DNA of 64,000 nt from an uncultured Actinomycetes bacterium (GTDB lineage Bacteria > Actinomycetota > Thermoleophilia > Gaiellales > JAICJC01), in assembly GCA_963825325.1 (NCBI GenBank), contig CAWGSU010000005.1, positions 119,736-183,735 on the forward strand, in the 5' to 3' direction. Under the pieces are notes generated by a model. The model was not told the DNA's origin and did no database searches. It was given only the letters and a program-made list of their open reading frames with translations. Positions 18,158 through 26,800 of the stretch are shown in pieces (position 1 is the first letter of the stretch; every line of letters begins with the position of its first letter). The position numbers were made by a program, and so were the translations under genes.

Positions 18158-18174
18158 GGGCGTATCATGCCCCC
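18158..18174. promoter_or_regulatory. Compact bidirectional promoter with overlapping -10 boxes
   Basis: TATCAT(18163-18168)-N6-GTG(18175) on +; CATGAT(18169-18164)-N6-GTG(18157) on -. Confidence 0.5.
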
Positions 18175-18552
18175 GTGGTCACCTCGACGCCGGGGAAGCT
18201 GCTCGTCGCGGCGCGGTTCCTGATCGGGGGCGGGGCGTTCGCAGCCCCCGTGCTCAGCCTGCGCGTCGGCGGCATCGACCCGCGGCCGCGGCCGCAGTCG
18301 GCCTACGTCATGCAGCTCGTCGGCGTCCGCGATGCGCTGCTCGGCATCGGCGTGCTCGCGAGCTCTGGCGAGGCGCGCCGGCTGTGGTGGAGCGTCGGCA
18401 TCGCATGCGATCTGGCCGATGCCGCGTCAGCGATGGCCGAGCTCTCCAGCGGGCGCGTGCCGCGCAACGGCCGCACGGCGGCCGTGCTGCTCGCCTCGCC
18501 GTTCCTCGGCGCCGCGCTCGGCGCGGCGGCGCTCGCCGCGGGCGACGACTGA
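18175..18552 (+). CDS. DUF4267-like small membrane protein (paralog 1)
   Basis: 'AARFLIG...YVMQLVGVRDALLG...WWSVGIACDLADA'; three to four TM helices. Confidence 0.7.
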   Translation: MVTSTPGKLLVAARFLIGGGAFAAPVLSLRVGGIDPRPRPQSAYVMQLVGVRDALLGIGVLASSGEARRLWWSVGIACDLADAASAMAELSSGRVPRNGRTAAVLLASPFLGAALGAAALAAGDD

Positions 18553-18798
18553 CGTGCCACGGACGTTCCCGGGCAGGACGCTCGTCGCGATCCGGCTCTC
18601 GCTGGGCGCATCCGCGTGGCTCGCGCCCGGGCTGACCCTGTGCGCGTTCGGCCTCGACGTCGAGGAGTACCCCGAGGCCGCCTACGCGATGCGGCTGTTC
18701 GGCGCGCGCAACGCGACGCTGGGCGTCGGCCTGCTCGCGAGCGCGGGGGATGACCGCAGGCTGTGGTGGAAGCTCGGGATCGCATGCGATCTGGCCGA
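18380..18798 (+). repeat. Direct repeat within the tandem paralogs (18380-18419 vs 18759-18798)
   Basis: GGCTGTGGTGGAGCGTCGGCATCGCATGCGATCTGGCCGA vs GGCTGTGGTGGAAGCTCGGGATCGCATGCGATCTGGCCGA. Confidence 0.75.
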
Positions 18799-18931
18799 CG
18801 TGGCGGCGGCGCTCATCTCGGGCCGGGCGGGCTACGTCCCGCGTGACCCGTGGACGGCCGTGCGCCTGGTCGGCGCGGGCCTGATCGCCACGGGGCTCGG
18901 CATCGCGGCGCTCGCCGAGGACGATGTCTAG
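18554..18931 (+). CDS. DUF4267-like small membrane protein (paralog 2)
   Basis: GTG 1 nt after the paralog-1 stop; 'AIRLSLG...YAMRLFGARNATLG...WWKLGIACDLADV'. Confidence 0.7.
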   Translation: MPRTFPGRTLVAIRLSLGASAWLAPGLTLCAFGLDVEEYPEAAYAMRLFGARNATLGVGLLASAGDDRRLWWKLGIACDLADVAAALISGRAGYVPRDPWTAVRLVGAGLIATGLGIAALAEDDV

Positions 18932-20331
18932 GGCGTGAGCGTGCCCAGGTAGCGCAGCGCCCGGAGCCCGGGCAGAAAGAAGTAGGCGCCGCCGCGCACG
19001 GTGACGAACTCCGGCAGGGCGGTGACGCGCCGGCGCACCGGGCGCGCCGGGATGGTGAAGGTCCCGCCCAGCGGGCTGTGGCGCCCGATTAGCGGATCGG
19101 CGTCGTCGTAGAGCGTGGCGAACTTGGGATTCCCCACCCACGCCCGCTGGACGAACTCGAACTGACGGGCGATGTTCGCGCCGAGGCAGATGAAGTGCAG
19201 GCCGCGGTCGACCCCGTCTGCGATCGCGGTGCCGCCGCGCAGACCGTCGACGTCGGCCGGCGGCCCGTACTTGCGACCGCGGCGCAGCAGCCGGTGGCGG
19301 CGGTTGACGGCGAGCGAGCCGGGCGTGCCGGGGCTCGGGTCGAGCGAGTCGCGCGGGTTGGATCGGCGCACATGCGCGCCGATGGGGCAGCGCATCCCGT
19401 CCGGGTCGATGCGGGCATAGCCGAAGCCGTTCGCGGTCGCATGGGCCGGGTCGTCGCCGTCGGGCGCCTCGACGAGGGGAGCGCCGCTCGGCCACCGGCC
19501 CACCATCTTGGCGGCCAGGGCGATGGGGTCGCCGTCGCCGGCGGCGGCGCGTGCGAACTCCCAGAACCCGGCCACGTCCTGCCGCATCTGGCGCATGACG
19601 AGGAACGTGCCGTTGCGGCCGAGATCGTGCTCGCCCGTGGCCGGATCGGGCGGCAGCACCGCGCCGGGGTCGGCGGCTGCGGGCACGAGCGGCCGGTCGG
19701 TCAGAAGGTCGTACTCGTTCGGGTAGCCAAGCACGAACTCGCCGGCGCGCACGACGTGTTCGGCCGGGCCGGTGTGGCCGAGGCCGGCGATGATCGGTTG
19801 GGAGATCCCATCGCGGAAGCCGAAGTGCTCGTGGTCGCCGATCGCCTCGGTGTCGAGCCGCGCGAGCTCGGTCACACCGCCGCGCTTGTAGCGGGCCGCG
19901 ATCGGCCGCGCGAGCTCCGCGAGCGTCCTCGCGTCCTTCGCGTAGAGGAGCAGCAGCAGGTCGATGGGCTCGGTGTCGGGACCGCCCCAGTCCCACGCCC
20001 GCGGGGCGCTCTCGCCGACGTCGCCGAGCACCCGGCTGCGTGCAGGCGCCGTCATCCCGTCGGTGAACTCGGGCGGGAAGCTCTCGAGCGCGGCGTGCGA
20101 GAGCTCGAGCCGGCGCAGCCCCGACGCCGTGACGGCCAGGTGCACCGCCCGCTCGGGCGCATGCGCGGCCGCCGGCGTGATCGCCGCGGCGGTGTCGGCG
20201 ACGAAGCGCCGGGCCGCGGCCGGGTCGCGGATACCGAGCAGCACAAAGCGGGCGGCCGCGAGGTGCGCGTATCCGCGCACGACGAGCCCCTGGATGTCAT
20301 CGAGCTCGAGCGCGGTCTCGGGCGCGCTCAC
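18928..20331 (-). CDS. DyP-type (dye-decolorizing) peroxidase
   Basis: 'LDDIQG', 'EHFGFRDGISQP', 'GAHVRRSNPR', 'RLLRRGRKYG', 'GLHFICLGANIARQFEFVQ'; GTGA overlap with the upstream gene. Confidence 0.9.
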   Translation of the reverse strand: MSAPETALELDDIQGLVVRGYAHLAAARFVLLGIRDPAAARRFVADTAAAITPAAAHAPERAVHLAVTASGLRRLELSHAALESFPPEFTDGMTAPARSRVLGDVGESAPRAWDWGGPDTEPIDLLLLLYAKDARTLAELARPIAARYKRGGVTELARLDTEAIGDHEHFGFRDGISQPIIAGLGHTGPAEHVVRAGEFVLGYPNEYDLLTDRPLVPAAADPGAVLPPDPATGEHDLGRNGTFLVMRQMRQDVAGFWEFARAAAGDGDPIALAAKMVGRWPSGAPLVEAPDGDDPAHATANGFGYARIDPDGMRCPIGAHVRRSNPRDSLDPSPGTPGSLAVNRRHRLLRRGRKYGPPADVDGLRGGTAIADGVDRGLHFICLGANIARQFEFVQRAWVGNPKFATLYDDADPLIGRHSPLGGTFTIPARPVRRRVTALPEFVTVRGGAYFFLPGLRALRYLGTLTP

Positions 20332-21608
20332 AGGAGCTCCAGCCACCGCTCGGCCTGGGTCGCGGTCATGGGGCCGTGCAGCCCCGCGCGGATGGCCGCG
20401 TTCTGCTCGATGTTCGCGTTCGTCAGGTTCCCGTAGGCCGAATACCAGACGTGCACCGGCAGCTGGTGGGTGTGGATGTAGTGCTTGAACGCGCCCTCGT
20501 CCCAGGCGCCGTCGAAGAAGAGCCAGTTCGTGCGCGGGTAGCCGATGCCGTTGGAGAAGATCGCGTTCAGGCCCCACGCCACCTTGTCGATGAAGTCGCC
20601 CATGTAGGTCTCGAGGCTGCCGTCGTAGTTGCTCGCAAAGATCAGCCGGCTGTGGCCGTCGAGGAACACCCAGCGGGCGAAGTGGATCGTCTTCACGCCG
20701 GCGAGGTCGGCGTGCGCGAACAGGTGCCGCGTCGCCCAGTCGGCGATCCAGAGCAGGCCGATCGACGTGCCCCGCCGGAACGGGCCCGGCTTGACCCGGC
20801 CGAGGGCGGTGAACGCATTCTGCGCGAGGTGATCCTCGAGTTCTGCGATCATCGCCACGCGGGCCGGATCGGGGCGGATGTCGGGCGCGGCATCGCTGCG
20901 CTCGTGGATGCGCAGAAGGACGAGCCACGGGGGCGCGGCGACGGCCAGGAGCGGCGAGAGCACGAGCAGCACCGCGGGCACCCGCACGAGGTCGAGCCCG
21001 TCGCGCAGCCGCGCGCCCAGATCGGGGCCCGGAGCGGGCGTGCGCGCGAACGCGAGCCGCTCCTCGCCCGCGACGAACGCCTGCACGAGCGCGCGCGCCT
21101 CGGTCGCCGAGCGGCGCTCGAGGTCGGGCCGGGCCGAGTCCAGGTAGCCCTCGATCGCGTCGCGCAGGAGCGCCTCGTCGCGCACCCGGGCGACCGTCCG
21201 CCCGGGCCGGTTGACGTAGGACGTCCCGGCGCGCACGGCCCGGGCGCGCAGGAACGCGTTCCGGGCGGCGGCGCCGGCCGGCAGCTCGGGGTAGCCGGTG
21301 CAGTGGCTGAACACGGCGTCGATCCCGTCGCCCTGCGACTCTGCGAGCTCGGCCAGGTGGTCGTCCTGGGCTCCGTCCACGTCGCTCATGTAGATCAGCG
21401 TCGAGGGGTCGCGCGGGTCGACCGGCGGCACCAGCACCAGCCGGGCGAAGTGCACGCCGGAGAGGCTTCGAAACGCGATCACGCGCTCGTTCGACACGCC
21501 GTCGCCCATCGAGTGCAACAGCTGCTCCACCGCCCGCTCGCGCCCCTCCCGCACCTCGGCGACGACCGTCACGGCGACCTGCGCCGCCCACGTCTCGGCC
21601 GCGCTCAT
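20328..21608 (-). CDS. DyP-associated hypothetical protein with internally duplicated 'HFAR' domain
   Basis: 'GVHFARLVLV...LIYMSDVDG' and 'TIHFARWVFL...LIFASNYDG'; ATGA overlap at the start. Confidence 0.75.
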   Translation of the reverse strand: MSAAETWAAQVAVTVVAEVREGRERAVEQLLHSMGDGVSNERVIAFRSLSGVHFARLVLVPPVDPRDPSTLIYMSDVDGAQDDHLAELAESQGDGIDAVFSHCTGYPELPAGAAARNAFLRARAVRAGTSYVNRPGRTVARVRDEALLRDAIEGYLDSARPDLERRSATEARALVQAFVAGEERLAFARTPAPGPDLGARLRDGLDLVRVPAVLLVLSPLLAVAAPPWLVLLRIHERSDAAPDIRPDPARVAMIAELEDHLAQNAFTALGRVKPGPFRRGTSIGLLWIADWATRHLFAHADLAGVKTIHFARWVFLDGHSRLIFASNYDGSLETYMGDFIDKVAWGLNAIFSNGIGYPRTNWLFFDGAWDEGAFKHYIHTHQLPVHVWYSAYGNLTNANIEQNAAIRAGLHGPMTATQAERWLELL

Positions 21609-22075
21609 CCCTCGCTTGCGGCCGGGAATTGGAGGACGAAGTCGAGCAGCTTTCTGTGGTCCCAGAAGACGATCCCGAGGTAGAGATCCGGCGCCACGAG
21701 GCGCATCTCGTCGCGGATCCAGTGCGCGATGAGCGACGTGTGCGAGTAGTCGAGGACGATGCACTCCTGGCCGTCGAACCAGCTCGCCTGCTTGTACACC
21801 TTGGCCTGCACGGCGTGGATCCCGGTCAGAAGGACGCGGTTTTCGAGCTCGCCGCGGTCGCGGTGAAAGACCTTGCCCTTCCACCCGAGCAGGTGGATCA
21901 GCTTCGCGGCGATCCCGGTCAGCTCCGTGCCGGGCGCGACCAGCACCGTGCCGTCGGCCTGGCCGTCGGGGATGTCCCCGGCCGGGCTCTGGCGGAAGAG
22001 CTCGTCGAGCTGGGCCTGTGACATGGCTTCGAGAGCGGCGAGGTCGATCAGCGTCTCAGGCACCGGCGCTCTCAC
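21605..22075 (-). CDS. Hypothetical beta-rich protein ('WKGKVF...LDY...IRDEMR')
   Basis: Coupled to both neighbours; start either 22075 or 22063. Confidence 0.7.
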   Translation of the reverse strand: MRAPVPETLIDLAALEAMSQAQLDELFRQSPAGDIPDGQADGTVLVAPGTELTGIAAKLIHLLGWKGKVFHRDRGELENRVLLTGIHAVQAKVYKQASWFDGQECIVLDYSHTSLIAHWIRDEMRLVAPDLYLGIVFWDHRKLLDFVLQFPAASEG

Positions 22076-23984
22076 CGCCCACGAACGACCAGGGCTTGAA
22101 GCCGTTTGCGAGCTCGCCCAGCGACGGCCCCAGCTCGGGGTAGTGGCGCCGGAGCACGTCGACGAAGCGCGTGTTCTCGACCCAGTCGATCCCGGCCTGC
22201 GTATACGTCGACGCCGTGTAGTCGTCGGTCAGGAAGCGGTCGCTGTTGATCCGCCGCGACGCCATCAGGATGAAGATCCGAAACGCGGTGTCGCTGAACG
22301 CGAACCCCTGCGGCCGCTTCTCGGCGAACATGCCGACGATCACGTCCAGCCGCTCGATGTCGCCGCCGTACAGCGACCGCATCTTCTCGGCCAGCGCAGG
22401 GTCGTCGGTGACGTCGCCGAAGTCCTGCGCCGGGCGCAGGTGCAGCAGGCGGCGGAACTCGTTGTAGCGCGGCACCCCGAGCTCGCGCGAGCGCAGGATG
22501 TCGGTCGCCGCGATGTCCATCAGCTTGCCGTCGGGCCGGGTGAACTCCTGCAGGAAGCGGGGGAAATTGTTGAGGACGATCGCGCCCGGGTTGGCGACGC
22601 CGAACGAGTACAGGAGGTCGCGCATGCCGATGCGATCGAGCACCGCCTGCGAGTTCGGGCCGGCCAGCTCGGGCAGCGTGCGCCGCTCGAGCTCGCGGCC
22701 GTCGGCCGCCGAGCGGAACGTGTAGTCGTCGGCGATCAGCGGATGCATCCGGTAGACGATCGTGAACTCCTCGGTGAGCGCGTAGGGCACGCCGAAGTGG
22801 TCGTGCGCAGAGCCGGGGATGCCGCTCACGATCTCGCTCGCGCTGACGCGCCCGAACGCCTTCTTCACGCGCTCACCGGCGATCCCGTACCAGTTCGCGC
22901 GCATGCCGATCTCCATGGTGGGATGCGCGATCACGGCCGGCGTCCACTCGACCGTGTGGATCTTCGCGAGCAGCGCTGAGAGGATCAGGCGGGCATGGCC
23001 GAAGAGCTGCTCGTCGTCCCAGGCGGGGTAGTCCTGGGCCAGCCGGTCGCAGATCGCGTTGTGCTCGAGCGTGAACAGGTTCACGAGCATCTGCAGGCCG
23101 ATCCAGAAGCCCGGCACCTGGCGCGGATCGAGCTTGGGATCGGTCGGCAGGGGCACCGTCCCGTCGGCGCCGACGTGGAGCTTCCCGCCCGCGCCCGTGC
23201 GCACCATCTGCGCCACGGCGGGGTCGGTGCCGTACAGCTGCGAGCCGTCCCACCAGTGCGTGGCCGTGTTCAGGAAGGTCGGGGGGAAGGTCGCGCCCGG
23301 CGGCCGCGTCGTGTCGGGCAGCGTCCGCAGCACCGTGAGCGGCGGCGCCGGCCAGGGGTCGCCCGGCTCGAGCGGGAGCTCATACGTCGCGCTCGGGTCG
23401 CCGCGCCCGTGGCTGAACCAGTCCTTGATCATGAACTGGATCCACGACGCGGCGAACAGGTTGAGCGTTTCGGCCGGCAGAAACTCGGTGCGCGTCAGGA
23501 GCTCGCGGCTGACGAGGCGCGGATTCGGCTCGAGGATGGTCGCCTCGGTCTCGTGCGCCGTCGCCTCGAGCGGGACGTTGCGGCCGAAGCGCGAGCCCGC
23601 CATGCCCATGCTCGGCTGGGTGAGGTCGTTGTAGACGCCCTGCTCGGCGCGGGTGACGAGGAACGCGGGGTCGAGCGGCGGCACGGGCGGCGTGTTCACG
23701 GCCGGCTGATCCGAGGTGTCGTACAGGTTCTCCTGGCGCAGGACGTTGCGCAGGCCGATCAGCACCGCGAGCCCGAGCGGCGTCGGCAGCTTGTCCCAGC
23801 CCACGCAGCGGTCTGCCGCCGCGGCGGCCCCGTCGTACAGCCGCCAGCCGAGCGTGTCGCGGTAGCGCGATCCCGACACCGGGTCGGGCCCGTCGGAGGC
23901 GGCGAGGCGCTCCCAGATCGCCCGCCCGGCCAGGACGCCGCAGCCGACGACGATGCCGCTGCGCAGGAGGCGCGCCGCGCTCAT
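22056..23984 (-). CDS. Animal-type heme peroxidase/cyclooxygenase superfamily protein, alpha-dioxygenase-like
   Basis: 'AASWIQFMIKDWFSH', 'THWWDGSQLYG', 'AKIHTVEWT', 'LTEEFTIVYRMHPL', 'GVPRYNEFRR', 'FILMASRR'. Confidence 0.88.
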   Translation of the reverse strand: MSAARLLRSGIVVGCGVLAGRAIWERLAASDGPDPVSGSRYRDTLGWRLYDGAAAAADRCVGWDKLPTPLGLAVLIGLRNVLRQENLYDTSDQPAVNTPPVPPLDPAFLVTRAEQGVYNDLTQPSMGMAGSRFGRNVPLEATAHETEATILEPNPRLVSRELLTRTEFLPAETLNLFAASWIQFMIKDWFSHGRGDPSATYELPLEPGDPWPAPPLTVLRTLPDTTRPPGATFPPTFLNTATHWWDGSQLYGTDPAVAQMVRTGAGGKLHVGADGTVPLPTDPKLDPRQVPGFWIGLQMLVNLFTLEHNAICDRLAQDYPAWDDEQLFGHARLILSALLAKIHTVEWTPAVIAHPTMEIGMRANWYGIAGERVKKAFGRVSASEIVSGIPGSAHDHFGVPYALTEEFTIVYRMHPLIADDYTFRSAADGRELERRTLPELAGPNSQAVLDRIGMRDLLYSFGVANPGAIVLNNFPRFLQEFTRPDGKLMDIAATDILRSRELGVPRYNEFRRLLHLRPAQDFGDVTDDPALAEKMRSLYGGDIERLDVIVGMFAEKRPQGFAFSDTAFRIFILMASRRINSDRFLTDDYTASTYTQAGIDWVENTRFVDVLRRHYPELGPSLGELANGFKPWSFVGGESAGA

Positions 23985-24379
23985 GCCGGGCTCGCCGTCT
24001 TGCGCGCTCCGCAGCTCGCCGTCAGGGCGAGCGCCGTGTTGAGCGCCGAGATCGAGGTGGCGATCACGGCCGAGCGCGCCGGGATCTGGCGCGTCAGCCC
24101 GGCGAGCGCGGCGGCAGCGGTGTCGCTCGCGTGGATGACCGGGGCCACCCGCACGGCCGCAGCGCGCACGTCGCCTTCGGGGAGCAGGAGCTCGCAGCCG
24201 ATCAGCACGGTGCGGATCCCGAACATGCGGAAGACGTAGGTGATCGCCTGGTTGTCGGTGCGCGCGACGCCCAGGTTGCGTTCAAGGACGGTCGGCGCAA
24301 CCAGCGCAGTGGATCCGTTTGCGATCCGGATCAGTGCCAGTGCGACTCGTGCGAACCCCGGAGCGCGACCCGTGCGCAT
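23981..24379 (-). CDS. DUF4267-like small membrane protein (paralog 3)
   Basis: 'LIRIANG...YVFRMFGIRTVLIG...IHASDTAAA'; ATGA overlap with the heme peroxidase. Confidence 0.65.
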   Translation of the reverse strand: MRTGRAPGFARVALALIRIANGSTALVAPTVLERNLGVARTDNQAITYVFRMFGIRTVLIGCELLLPEGDVRAAAVRVAPVIHASDTAAAALAGLTRQIPARSAVIATSISALNTALALTASCGARKTASPA

Positions 24380-24443
24380 CTCCGACCCCCCTTGCCCCTG
24401 CCTCGGGCATTGGCGATTTGCGCGCCAATCCTACACGGCGAGC

Positions 24444-24935
24444 CTACTTCAGGAACTGCCAGACCAGAAGCGCAGTCAGGTAGATGAGCGCGTAGCCGAG
24501 CACGAGGCCCTGGACGACGAGCGGTGCGATCTCGCGCACGCGGAAGCCGGACGTGCGCAGCCACACGAGCTTGACAGCCTCGCCCGAGAACATGAGGCCG
24601 CAGAACAGCGAGACGAGCCCGCCCGGGCCGGGCACGGCCAGCAGGGCATAGAGCATGCCGATATGGGCGGCGTTGTTGAAGACGACGAACCCCATCGCGA
24701 TCGTCTCGCGCTCGATCAGGCGCTCGCCGATCGCGGCGATCAGGCCGACCTCGGCCACCCCGATCAGCACGAGCTCCGCGACGCGGATCCCCGACGGCGC
24801 GTGCAGCGTGCGGTCGAGGGCGTGCGCGAAGGCGATGTAGGCGCACACGAACGCGGCCGCCTTGACCGCCGTCTCCGCCCAGCCGAGCGGGCCGTAGTCG
24901 CCGACATGCCACGCATTCTCGCTCGTCGTTGCCAC
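24444..24935 (-). CDS. Hypothetical membrane protein
   Basis: About four to five TM helices; 'WHVGDYGPLGWAETAVK'; start uncertain. Confidence 0.6.
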   Translation of the reverse strand: MATTSENAWHVGDYGPLGWAETAVKAAAFVCAYIAFAHALDRTLHAPSGIRVAELVLIGVAEVGLIAAIGERLIERETIAMGFVVFNNAAHIGMLYALLAVPGPGGLVSLFCGLMFSGEAVKLVWLRTSGFRVREIAPLVVQGLVLGYALIYLTALLVWQFLK

Positions 24936-24963
24936 GGGGCCCGAGCTTACCGTCTGCGGTACC

Positions 24964-25938
24964 TTGCCCCGGGTGGACATCGCCGGCGACATCGGGGGCA
25001 CGCACACGCGCCTCGCGCTCTTCGGTCCCGCCACCGCCGCGCCGGCGGTGGTCGAGGTCTACCCGAGCCGCGACCACGATGGCCTCGAGGCGATGCTGCG
25101 GGCGTTCCTCGCGGCGCATCCCGCGCCGGTGGAGCGGGCCTGCTTCGGCGTCGCCGGCCCGGTCCGCGGCGGCCACGTGCAGACGACCAACCTGGCCTGG
25201 CCCGTCGACGCGGGCAGCATCGCGCGGGTGCTCGGGCTCGACCGGGTCGGGCTCGTCAACGACCTCGTCGCAAACGCGTACGGGATCGCGGAGCTCGGCC
25301 CGGCCGACGTCGCCACCCTGCACGAGGGCGACCCGGCGCTCGGCGGCAGCGCGGCGGTGATCTCGGCCGGCACGGGCCTGGGCGAGGCCGGGCTCTTCTG
25401 GGACGGGTCGCACCACCACGTGTTCCCGAGCGAGGGCGGCCACGCCGACTTCGGCCCGCGCAACGACGCCGAGGTCGCGCTGCACGCACACCTCGCAAAG
25501 CGGCATGCGCACGTGAGCTACGAGCGCGTGTGCTCGGGCATGGGGCTCGTGGCGATCCACTCGTTCCTGGGCGGGTCCGGCGACGATGCCTCGGCGATCA
25601 CCACGGCGGCGCTCGCGGGCAGCGACCCGGTGAGCGTGCGCGCGCTGGACATGATGGTCGAGATCTACGGTGCCGAGGCGGGCAACCTCGCGCTCAAGCT
25701 GCTCGCCACCGGCGGCGTCTACGTCGGCGGCGGAATTGCGCCGCGGATCGTGAGCAAGCTGCGCGAGGGCCCGTTCCTGGACGCCTTTGCACACAAGGGC
25801 CGCCTTGCCGACCTGCTCGCGCGCGTGCCCGTGCACGTGATCCTGAACGAGCGCACCGCCCTGCTGGGAGCGGCGCGGCTCGCCCGCGGTGAGCCGCCGG
25901 GGCTGCACCACCGCGAGCGAGGGGCCGCGCCCGGCTAG
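24964..25938 (+). CDS. glk: Glucokinase
   Basis: 'AGDIGGTHTRL', 'FGVAGPV', 'TNLAW', 'LVNDLVA', 'GTGLGEA', 'SEGGH', 'GGVYVGGGIAP'. Confidence 0.92.
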   Translation: MPRVDIAGDIGGTHTRLALFGPATAAPAVVEVYPSRDHDGLEAMLRAFLAAHPAPVERACFGVAGPVRGGHVQTTNLAWPVDAGSIARVLGLDRVGLVNDLVANAYGIAELGPADVATLHEGDPALGGSAAVISAGTGLGEAGLFWDGSHHHVFPSEGGHADFGPRNDAEVALHAHLAKRHAHVSYERVCSGMGLVAIHSFLGGSGDDASAITTAALAGSDPVSVRALDMMVEIYGAEAGNLALKLLATGGVYVGGGIAPRIVSKLREGPFLDAFAHKGRLADLLARVPVHVILNERTALLGAARLARGEPPGLHHRERGAAPG

Positions 25939-26720
25939 AGCTGGTTCAGGTCGGCCATGAGCTGGGCCATGTCGAACCCCGCCGGGCTCGCGCCGTTCAC
26001 GTCCAGGAAGTCGGGGTTCACGATCGCCCACGCCTCGTCGATGTAGTGCTCGGCGAAGCGCGCGCCCATCGGCTGCACCCGGCCCCAGGTGACGCACTCG
26101 ATGTGCCGGCGGTGGGCGACGATGGGAACGTAGTGGCCGCCGACGTTCGGCGAGCCGGGGTGGTAGCTCCACATCTTGTGCTCCGAGAACTCGGTCTCGG
26201 CCGTCTGCGGCACCTGGAAGCCGATCCCGACGGCGCCGAACAGGTAGGCCGCCTCGGCCACCTCGGTGAAGTCGCCACCCTGGAGCCGGGGCAGGTCGAG
26301 CGCCAGGTAGGCGCCGATCTTGTGCCGCACGCCGCCCGCGTCGACGATCCCGGTCGAGCGCCGGTAGCCGAGCGCCGAGCGGACGTTCGTCCCCCGGTCG
26401 GTCGGGTTTTGCCCGGGCGCGCCGGCATTCGCGTCGAATCCGGTCGCGGCTGAGTAGTCCGACAGGACGCCCGCGTCGGAGAAGGTCGCCGGGTGGCCGG
26501 CGACGGTGCTCGTGAGGATGTGCTCGTGCGCCGCGCCCGCCCAGACGCAGTCGCCCCACTGGTCGTTCCCCAGCATGCCCCAGCCGCCGACGGCCACGAC
26601 GTTGTCGTAGCCCCAGTCGTCCGGCGGCGCCGGCAGCGCCGCCGCGGTGCGGTACGTCGAGAACTTGAGGTCACGCGGGTCGGCCGTCGCCGCCTGCTTG
26701 CCGTAGTGGAAGGTGGTCAT
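25935..26720 (-). CDS. Papain-fold (C1-like) cysteine hydrolase-like protein
   Basis: 'MLGNDQWGDCVWAGAAH', 'GGHYVPIV', 'VTWG'; 'DPRD' N-terminal segment; GGAGG RBS. Confidence 0.65.
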   Translation of the reverse strand: MTTFHYGKQAATADPRDLKFSTYRTAAALPAPPDDWGYDNVVAVGGWGMLGNDQWGDCVWAGAAHEHILTSTVAGHPATFSDAGVLSDYSAATGFDANAGAPGQNPTDRGTNVRSALGYRRSTGIVDAGGVRHKIGAYLALDLPRLQGGDFTEVAEAAYLFGAVGIGFQVPQTAETEFSEHKMWSYHPGSPNVGGHYVPIVAHRRHIECVTWGRVQPMGARFAEHYIDEAWAIVNPDFLDVNGASPAGFDMAQLMADLNQL

Positions 26721-26800
26721 GCCCTGCCTCCTTCGGGTTTGTGACGGCCGAGTCTACCGACGCACCCGTGAATACCTCGGGCCTGGCCCGAATTATTCAC

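Noticed and set aside
18928-21591. Apparent 887-aa DyP fusion protein
   Set aside because: The N-terminal half is a shadow frame of the HFAR-repeat gene; DyP begins at the GTGA overlap (20331).
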